DNA of 64,000 nucleotides, taken from an uncultured Chloroflexia bacterium (GTDB lineage: Bacteria > Chloroflexota > Anaerolineae > JAAYZQ01). The translations under genes were made by a program, and so were the position numbers. The stretch spans positions 544,001 to 608,000 of the forward strand of contig CAVOXA010000014.1 in NCBI GenBank assembly GCA_963700285.1, read 5' to 3'. Below the pieces are notes generated by a model that was not told where the DNA came from, made no database searches, and saw nothing but the letters and a program-made list of their open reading frames with translations. The stretch's first letter is position 1, and the number at the start of each line of letters is the position of its first letter. Of the stretch, positions 56,234-64,000 are shown one piece after another.

Positions 56234-57451
56234 ATGAATCACAGACAGAGGGTTCTGGCGGCTCTGCGCCACCAGGAGCCCGACCGGGTACCCATCGATC
56301 TTGGGGCGACGGTGGATAGTACGATCATGGCCACGGCCTATCAGGAACTCAGGCAAGAACTCGGACTGGGAAGCAGCCTGACCCGTGTGCTTGACATCGC
56401 CCAGCAGACAGCCGTCATCGAAGACGACGTGCGCCAGGCGCTGGGGGCCGACCTCGCACCCGTCTTTGATGAGCCGAGGGAATGGCGCCTTGGAACCCTG
56501 GCGGATGACTCTCCTGCCGAGATGCCGGCCAAGTTCCGACCGCAGCTCCAGGCCGATGGCTCCCGCATCGTGATGGACCAGGACGGGAACGTCGTGTTCA
56601 AGATGCCCAAGCGCGGGCATTACTTTGACCCCGTCCATGCCCCCCTTGCTCATGCTACCGGCACAAAGGACCTGGACAAGTACATCGACGACATCATCCA
56701 CTATGACACACCCTCGCACCTCGACAAGAACTACGAGGACCAGGCCAAAGAGGTCAAGGCCCTGCGCCAGAACACCGACTATGCCCTTGTGGGCTTTTTC
56801 GGCGGCCATGTCCTCCAGGCAGGCCAGGTTTTGCGCGGATGGGAAGAGTTTCTGATGGATCTCCTGAAAAACAAGACCTTTGCGCATGCACTCATGGAGA
56901 GACTGACGGAGGCCCACCTGGCGCGCTTTGAGCGCTACGCGACAACCATCGCCCCCCACGTCGATGTCATTCAGTTTGAGGAGGATCTGGGCATGCAGGA
57001 CCGCCCCCTCATGAGCCCAGAGCTATACCGGGAGATGATCAAGCCCTACCACCAGAAGCTTTTTGCTTTCGCCAAGTCCCGCTGTGATGCCTATCTTTTG
57101 CTCCACACCGACGGCGCCGTCGCCCCCTTGATTCCCGACTTGATCGATATGGGCGTGGACGCCATCAACCCTGTGCAGGTCACCGCGGCGGGGATGGATT
57201 CCAAAGCACTCAAGAAGGAGTTCGGAAAGGATATCACTTTCTGGGGCGCGGGCTGCGACAGCCAGGTAATTCTGCCTTTCGGTTCGCCTGAAGAGGTGGA
57301 GGACGAAGTAAAGCGGCGCATCGACGACCTGGCTCCCGGCGGAGGCTTTGTGTTTGCCCCGATCCACAACATCCAGGCCGGGGTTCCTCCGGAGAATGCG
57401 GTGGCCATGTTCAGGACGGCGCAGGAGTATGGCAGGTACGGCAGCCAATAG
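56234..57451 (+). CDS. uroporphyrinogen decarboxylase/MtaA-CmuA superfamily protein
   Basis: HQEPDRVPIDLG, EEDLGMQ, LHTDG, INPVQ, GGGFVFAPIHNIQ. Confidence 0.85.
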   Translation: MNHRQRVLAALRHQEPDRVPIDLGATVDSTIMATAYQELRQELGLGSSLTRVLDIAQQTAVIEDDVRQALGADLAPVFDEPREWRLGTLADDSPAEMPAKFRPQLQADGSRIVMDQDGNVVFKMPKRGHYFDPVHAPLAHATGTKDLDKYIDDIIHYDTPSHLDKNYEDQAKEVKALRQNTDYALVGFFGGHVLQAGQVLRGWEEFLMDLLKNKTFAHALMERLTEAHLARFERYATTIAPHVDVIQFEEDLGMQDRPLMSPELYREMIKPYHQKLFAFAKSRCDAYLLLHTDGAVAPLIPDLIDMGVDAINPVQVTAAGMDSKALKKEFGKDITFWGAGCDSQVILPFGSPEEVEDEVKRRIDDLAPGGGFVFAPIHNIQAGVPPENAVAMFRTAQEYGRYGSQ

Positions 57452-57599
57452 CTGAAGGCCAGTATCTCACATCGTTTTACAGCAAGCGCAGGACCTTCAG
57501 CCCATGGTGACTCGGCAACCCGTTGCACTGCGGCACATACTTGGCGACTCCAGAACCCGAGATTCAACGCGTAGGCCCTGACCACCGCGTGGGAAACAG

Positions 57600-57628
57600 T
57601 TGGCAGTCGTGGTTGTTTCGGGTATAAT
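57600..57628 (+). promoter_or_regulatory. sigma70-type promoter of ABC exporter pair
   Basis: TTGGCA-N17-TATAAT. Confidence 0.6.
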
Positions 57629-57714
57629 AGGCTCTCCTTCCGGTGAAAAACACCCCGGGCAAGACGCCGGGTACGCACTTACAGCACAGAAAACTGCCCA
57701 GGAGGCTGGTTACG

Positions 57715-59615
57715 TTGGCTTCTGATGCCCAGGCATCCGACTATGACCTGAAAAACGCGGTTTCCGAGAATCGCCTGACCGGCATCTGGCACCTGATGAC
57801 CGGTTATCGCTTCACCTACCTGGTGGCGACGCTCAGCCTGGGCATCGCCGCGGTGGCCCGGACCAGCTCCATGCTGCTGCTGGGCAGGTACGCGGACGAT
57901 GTCCTGGGCCAGGCAGACATGGTACGCTGGCTGCCTCTGGTCGCGCTGGGCTTTGTCATCCTGGCCGTGATCCAGGGAGCCATGACCTTCCTCAGCGGAA
58001 AGCTGGCCGCCCGGACCGCCGAGGGCATTGTGCTGCGCCTGCGCAACTACGTCTATGACCACATCCAGCGACTGTCCTTCACCTACCACGACCGGACGCC
58101 GACAGGGGACCTGATCCAGCGCTGCACGTCGGACGTTGATGCCATCCGCCGTTTCTTTGCGGACCAGGCCATCAGCGCCGGGCGCATCCTCTTTCTCTTT
58201 ATCGTCAATCTGACAGCGCTTTTGTTCTTGAACTGGCAGCTGGCTCTGTTCTCTGTCATCGTCGTGCCCATCATTGTGATGATGTCGTTCTTTTTCTTCC
58301 GCAGGGTATCCAAGGCCTACGAGGCCTACCAGGAGCAGGACGCTGTCCTCTCCACCACCCTCCAGGAGAACCTGACCGGTGTGCGCGTGGTCAAGGCTTT
58401 TGCCCGTCAGGCCTACGAACGGGAAAGATTCGAGGGCAACAACTGGGAAAAGTACCTGCGGGGAAGGCGGCTTCTGATCATGCACTCCCTCTTCTGGCCG
58501 ATGTCGGACATTCTGTGCGGCTTTCAGATGCTGGCTGGCTTTTTCGTGGCCGCACTCATGGCCATCAACGGGACCATCACCGTGGGTACCTATCTGGCCT
58601 ACGCGGGCATGGTCATCTGGCTCATCTGGCCCATGCGCAACCTGGGCCGGCTGATCGTCCAGATGTCCACCGGCCTGGTCTCGTATGGGCGCGTGACCCA
58701 AGGTCATCAAGGAGGATCGCGAGCCCCTGGATGAGGGAATGGTTGAGGTACCCGATTGTGTCGACGGCCGCTTCGTCTTCGAAGATGTCTCATTCCAGTA
58801 CGATGACGACAGCCCGGTGCTGGAGGATATCAGCTTCCGGTGCGAGCCCGGCCAGGTCGTGGCCCTGCTCGGTTCCACCGGATCCGGGCAAGACGACGCT
58901 GGTCAACCTCCTGCCCCGCTTCTACGACTATACCAGCGGCAGCCTGACCCTGGACGGCGTCGAACTGAAAGACTATCCGCGCCATTTCCTTCGCCAGCAG
59001 ATCGGCATCGTCGAGCAGGAGCCATTCCTCTTCTCCCGCACCATCCGCGAGAACATCAGCTACGGCGCAGACCGGGAGGTAACGGAAGCCGAGATCGAAG
59101 CCGCAGCCCAGGCCGCAGCGATTCACGACAGCATCCTCTCTTTCCCCGAGGGCTATGACACGTTGGTCGGCGAGAAGGGCGTCACCCTATCCGGCGGGCA
59201 GAAGCAGCGAATCGCCATTGCCCGCACCCTGCTCAAGGACCCCTGTATCCTGATCCTGGATGATTCTACCTCGTCGGTGGACACCGAAACCGAGGCCGAG
59301 ATCCGTGGCGCTCTGGAACACCTGATGGAGGGCCGCACAACCTTCATCATCGCCCACCGCATCCAGAGCGTGATGAACGCCGACCTGATCCTGGTGCTGG
59401 ACAAGGGCCAAATCGTCCAGCGAGGCAAACACGAGGAGCTGGTGGCCCAGGAGGGCATCTACCGCCGCATCTATGACATGCAGGCCCGCATCGAAGTCGA
59501 GCTGAGGCAGGAGATAGCCGGCATCGATATACAGCCTTCCGAGCTCTCAGAAGAACCAAGATTGCGCACGTCAACGGAATTCCTGAGGGGAATCACGCGT
59601 GTCCGACGAGTTTGA
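57715..59615 (+). CDS. ABC exporter (TMD+NBD) subunit 1, with two +1 frameshifts near 58698 and 58886
   Basis: AGGAGG then TTG 57715. TGDLIQRCTSDV; GSTGSGKT restored after removing one G; LSGGQKQR; ILDD. Confidence 0.85.
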
Positions 59616-61426
59616 GTTCGAAGAAGAAGAATTCTCATACCCAATTCAACGGCCGCACCATGCTGCGCATCCTGGCCCTGGCCAGGCCTCACTGGCGCTG
59701 GCTCGTCGGGCTTTTTGGCATGCCATTGCTCTGGTCTCCGGACTGGATTCCTTCTTTACCTTCCTCAGCAAGCAGATCGTGGACGAGGGCATCGTCGCCG
59801 GCGACAGGACAGCGCTGACACGGATCGTGAGCCTCTATGGTGCCCTCATCATCGTCCAGTCCATGGCCGTCTTTGGCTTTATCTACCTGGCCGGCATTCT
59901 GGGCGAGCGCAGTCCGCTACGACCTGCGCAAGACGCTGTTCAACCACCTCCAGGAGCTGTCCTTCTCCTACTTTGACCGGACGCCGGTGGGCTGGATCAT
60001 GTCCCGTGTAACGTCCGACACGGACCGCATCGCCGAACTGGTGACCTGGGGGCTGTTGGACTCACCTGGGCCCTCGATGAACATCGTCACAGCGATGTTC
60101 TTCATGTTGATCATCAACTGGAAGCTGGCACTCATCGTACTGGCCATCATCCCCGTGCTGGTCGTCGTGGCCGCCCAGTTCAAAAAGAAGATCCTGATCG
60201 AATACCGCCAGGTACGCAAGATCAACTCCAGGATCACCGGTGCCTACAACGAGAACATCAGCGGCGTGCGCGTGGTCAAGGCACTGTGCCGCGAGGACCA
60301 GAACCTGAATGAGTTTGGCGAGCTTTCGGGCGAAATGTACGGGGCCTCCTACCGGGCCGCCTGGTTGTCGGCGCTCTTTTTGCCCGTGGTGCAGCTCATC
60401 AGCTCCCTTGCCGTAGGCGCCATCGTCTGGTTCGGCGGACTGCAGGCCATTCAGGGGGACATGACCGTCGGCGGCATCATGGCTTTTGTCTCCTACGTCA
60501 CCTTTATGCTTTGGCCGGTGCAGGAGCTGGCGCGCGTCTACGCCGAGATGCAGAACGCCATCGCTTCGGCCGAACGGGTCTTTTCCCTGTCGGACGCCGT
60601 ACCCGAGGTCACAGACCAACCGGGAGCCATCGACCCGGGTACCATCCGCGGCGACATCGAATTCGACGCCGTCGATTTTTGGTACGAGCCCGACAACCCG
60701 GTACTCTCGGGCTTTGACCTCAAGGTCAAGCGCGGCGAAACAATAGCCCTGGTGGGAGCGACGGGCGGGGGCAAGAGCACCATCGTCAACCTGATCTGCC
60801 GCTTCTACGAGCCCAAACAGGGCGCGATCCGCATCGGCGGGCAGGACTATGAGGAACTCACCCTGCACGCCATCCAGTCGCGCATCGGCATTGTGCTGCA
60901 GACGCCCCATCTCTTTTCGGGCACGATCCGCGAGAACATCCGCTACGGCCGGCTGGAGGCGACCGACGAAGAGATCGAAGCGGCTGCCGACCTGGCCGGC
61001 GCCCACGACTTTATCAAGACCCTCGAAAAAGGCTATGACGAAGAGGTGGGCGAGGGCGGCGACCTGCTGTCGGTCGGGCAGAAGCAGTTGGTCAGCCTGG
61101 CGCGGGCCGTCCTGGCCCAACCCGAGATCTTTATCATGGACGAGGCAACCAGTTCCGTGGACACGCTGACCGAGGACCTGATCCAGCGGGGGATGGAAGC
61201 CCTGATGGAGGACCGCACCAGCTTTATCATCGCCCACCGGCTGTCGACTATCAAACGTGCCGATCGTATCCTGGTCATCGAAGCGGGAAAGATTGCCGAA
61301 ATAGGCAACCACGCCGAACTGCTGCGCGCCGGCGGGCACTACTACCGGCTCTACACCCAGCAGTTTCGCCAGCGCCTCGATCCGGACGTCGATCCGTTCC
61401 AGTTACCCGGCCTGGCGCCTGCTTGA
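59599..61426 (+). CDS. ABC exporter (TMD+NBD) subunit 2, with several single-base indels between 59638 and 60075
   Basis: GWIMSRVTSD, GATGGGKST, LSVGQKQ, IMDEATS, IAHRLST. The N-terminus is reconstructable across three frames. Confidence 0.85.
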
Positions 61427-61463
61427 ATCAGACGCCCAGCAATACGCCAGAGCGCAAACCATA

Positions 61464-61540
61464 GTAGGCGCCCTTCGTCTTTGCTCAGGACATGCTTCAG
61501 CGCCGTGAAATAGAAGTGCGCTGAAGGGCGCACTAGGAAC
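61464..61540. repeat. degenerate REP-like inverted repeat related to 49441-49523
   Basis: GTAGGCGCCCTTC...TGCTTCAGCGC / GCGCTGAAGGGCGCACTAGGAAC. Confidence 0.6.
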
Positions 61541-61663
61541 AGATCTGCCAGTTGCTGGACCGAAGAATCGCGTACTAGGAACCTTTCCACTCCTGGCCGG
61601 GCCGCACAACTGAGGCTCAACGGCACCAATAGCCGCACCAACCATTCCCGGGAGGTCAAACAG

Positions 61664-62665
61664 ATGACGTCGCCTACCTCGCGCAGTCCCTTCAAGGTCG
61701 CTGTTGTCCAACACGCCCCGGTCTTTCTGAACCTGGAGGCCAGCCTGGCAAAAGCCTGCGCCCTGGTCGAGCAGGCGGCCGGGGCCGGAGCAAGAATCAT
61801 CGCCTTCCCCGAGACCTGGCTGCCAGGCTATCCGGTCTGGCTGGACTATGCGCCCAGGTCTGCGGAGTGGGACTATGCTCCTGCCAAGGCGCTGTACCGA
61901 TTGCTCTTTGAGAACGCAGTCGCCATCGATGAGCCCGCGGGCGGACCGCACCTCGAACCCTTGCTCTCCGTCGCCCACCGTACGGGTACCTATGTCGTCA
62001 TGGGCGCCCACGAGCGCGACGGTGGCACGCTGTACAACACCATCCTCTACATCGGCCCGGACGGGCACGAGTTCCAGATCCACCGCAAACTGGTTCCGAC
62101 CTACACCGAGCGCCTGGTCTGGGGGCGGGGAGACGGCAGCACGTTGGGCGTGATGGGCACAGGGTATGGCAACCTTGGGGCATTGATCTGCTGGGAGCAC
62201 TGGATGCCCCTGGCCCGGGCAGCGATGCACGCCCAACATGAAACGGTTCACGTGGCCCAGTGGCCGGCCGTCCGGGACCTCCACCAGCTTGCCAGCAGGC
62301 ACTATGCCTTCGAGGGCCAGTGCTTTGTCCTGGCCGCGGGCGTTGTTCTGAGCCGGGCTGATGTCCTCGACGGGATCCATTCTCTGGACCAGCCACCGAG
62401 CGAGGCGATCGAGTTTCTGGAAACGATTCCCGGCGAGGACAGCGACCTGCTCCTGCAAGGGGGCAGCGCCATCATCGCTCCCGACTCCACCTACGTCTCC
62501 GGGCCGGTCTTTGACGAACCTGCCATCCTCTACGCGGAACTCCAGCCGGAGCGCATCACCGAGAGCTATCTGACCATCGACACCCAAGGCCATTACTCCC
62601 GGCCCGATGTCTTCCACCTGAAAGTCAACGCCCATCCTCAGTCGAACGTGACCTTCAAGCCTTGA
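61664..62665 (+). CDS. nitrilase (carbon-nitrogen hydrolase family)
   Basis: E-K-C triad: FPETWLPGYP, HRKLVPT, ICWEH; GHYSRPDVF. Confidence 0.92.
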   Translation: MTSPTSRSPFKVAVVQHAPVFLNLEASLAKACALVEQAAGAGARIIAFPETWLPGYPVWLDYAPRSAEWDYAPAKALYRLLFENAVAIDEPAGGPHLEPLLSVAHRTGTYVVMGAHERDGGTLYNTILYIGPDGHEFQIHRKLVPTYTERLVWGRGDGSTLGVMGTGYGNLGALICWEHWMPLARAAMHAQHETVHVAQWPAVRDLHQLASRHYAFEGQCFVLAAGVVLSRADVLDGIHSLDQPPSEAIEFLETIPGEDSDLLLQGGSAIIAPDSTYVSGPVFDEPAILYAELQPERITESYLTIDTQGHYSRPDVFHLKVNAHPQSNVTFKP

Positions 62666-62794
62666 GGCATCACCTGTCTCGGTGGAGAGGGCAAGGGCTG
62701 GAATACAACAACGAATTGGGAATGAAACGAATCGCCCGACAGAAAGGAATTCGTTCCTTTCGAAATTCGTTCTAGTACCTCAAGGAGAATCCAT

Positions 62795-63937
62795 ATGCCA
62801 GACAGCGTCAGCAGGCCCTCGAAAAAAGAGCCACAGGCCCAGCCTGTGCCCACCACGCAGGGCATCCTGAAACGCGCAAAAAAGGGGGGAGGTGTCCTGA
62901 TCGATCCCGCTCAGCCTTGGGACGAGGTCCGGGTTCCCACCGAGCTTGCGCGAGCGTATGACCTGGTCGAAGGCGCCACCGTCGCCGGGCCATTGCAAGA
63001 GGGCAGACACGGCCCGCAGCTTGCCGGTGTCGAGTCTGTCTGCGGTCTGGCGCCGGAGGATTTTCAGAAGCGCACGCCCTTCCGCCGCCTGGTGGCCATT
63101 GACCCACTGGAGCGATTCCGGCTGGGCGACACGGGCGACCTGAGCATGCGCATCGTCGATCTGGTCGCTCCCATCGGCATGGGTACCCGGGGCCTGATCG
63201 TCTCCCCGCCCAAAGCCGGCAAGACCATGCTCCTGGAAGGGATCGCCCAGGCCGTGCGGGCGACCGTCCCAGAGACGCGTATCATCATCCTGCTCATCGA
63301 CGAGCGACCTGAAGAGGTGACCTTCTTCCGGCGGGCGGTGCCAGGCGCCGAAGTTTTCGCCAGCTCCGCCGACCAGCGGCTGAAGGATCACATTGACCTG
63401 GCCGAACTGATGCTGGCCCACATCCACACCGAGCTGGAATGCGGCCACGATGTGGTCCTCCTCCTGGACAGCCTGACACGCATGACGCGCAGCTTTAACC
63501 TGAGCGGCTCGAGCAGGGGACGAACCCTCTCCGGCGGGCTGGAGGCCGGCGCCGTCGAGATCCCGCGCCGTTTCTTTGGCCTGGCCCGCAATATCGAGGA
63601 TGGCGGCTCGGTGACCATCATCGCCACCGTCTTGATCGATACCGGCTCGCGGCTGGACCAGGTCATCTTTGAGGAGTTCAAAGGCACCGGCAACAGCGAG
63701 ATCGTCCTGGACCGCGCCCTGGCCGACGCGCGCATCTTTCCGGCGATCAACATCACCGCCAGCGGCACGCGCAAGGAGCACCTGCTCTATGATCCCGGCG
63801 AGGGCCAGCGCATCGCCTGGCTGCGCCGCAAGCTGGCCGACCAGAAGCCCCAGGCGGCCCTGGAAGCGATGTTCCGGCTCATGGACAAGTATCCCACCAA
63901 CGAGGAACTGCTGCAAAACATCCCCCTGGGGAGATAG
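62795..63937 (+). CDS. rho: transcription termination factor Rho, short form with divergent RNA-binding domain
   Basis: PPKAGKT, LLIDERPEEVT, LLDSLTR, EEFKGTGN, SGTRKE. Confidence 0.9.
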   Translation: MPDSVSRPSKKEPQAQPVPTTQGILKRAKKGGGVLIDPAQPWDEVRVPTELARAYDLVEGATVAGPLQEGRHGPQLAGVESVCGLAPEDFQKRTPFRRLVAIDPLERFRLGDTGDLSMRIVDLVAPIGMGTRGLIVSPPKAGKTMLLEGIAQAVRATVPETRIIILLIDERPEEVTFFRRAVPGAEVFASSADQRLKDHIDLAELMLAHIHTELECGHDVVLLLDSLTRMTRSFNLSGSSRGRTLSGGLEAGAVEIPRRFFGLARNIEDGGSVTIIATVLIDTGSRLDQVIFEEFKGTGNSEIVLDRALADARIFPAINITASGTRKEHLLYDPGEGQRIAWLRRKLADQKPQAALEAMFRLMDKYPTNEELLQNIPLGR

Positions 63938-64000
63938 CCGGCCTCCCCCGGCCGGGCACGAACGAGCCGCTTCACCCACCAGGGCAATCGCATCCCAACC

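Noticed and set aside
63938-63955. Hairpin CCGGCC-N6-GGCCGG after rho as a terminator
   Set aside because: The stem is short and has no U-tract, so support is insufficient.

Overview
GC-rich bacterial chromosomal window with about 45 genes. It is most likely from Chloroflexota/Anaerolineae, inferred from a C-terminal YLPLV motif, VEVEKEV-repeat binding lipoprotein, multiple URO-D-family genes and Ig-like-tailed GT-C enzymes. I found no rRNA, tRNA, CRISPR array or transposase. From left to right it holds: a protein-glycosylation-type locus (GT2 polyprenol-P-sugar synthase plus three GT-C enzymes); tyrA, an HD protein, an M50 protease, a GreA-like protein and a 3xcNMP-2xPH membrane protein; a GT2/flippase pair; ArsR-DUF2087; alaX and a multi-thioredoxin CcdA; a cNMP-acetate kinase-PduL triple fusion; an operon of three cell-envelope hydrolase fusions (RodZ-HTH-M1, M14-propeller-M23, beta-lactamase-like); MOSC, FmdB and gcvT-like genes; two paralogous giant membrane proteins with GATase-like domains, one with an exosortase-like segment; an IclR-associated 18-kb sugar-derivative catabolic cluster; a frameshifted ABC exporter pair; a nitrilase; and a short divergent Rho. 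The top observation is a selenoprotein that the ORF track splits in two (37306-38307, minus strand). It is a lipoprotein with a degenerate UshA-like metallophosphatase fold, an in-frame C-G-UGA motif and a perfect SECIS-like hairpin immediately downstream. All calls come from reading motifs by eye; no searches were run.
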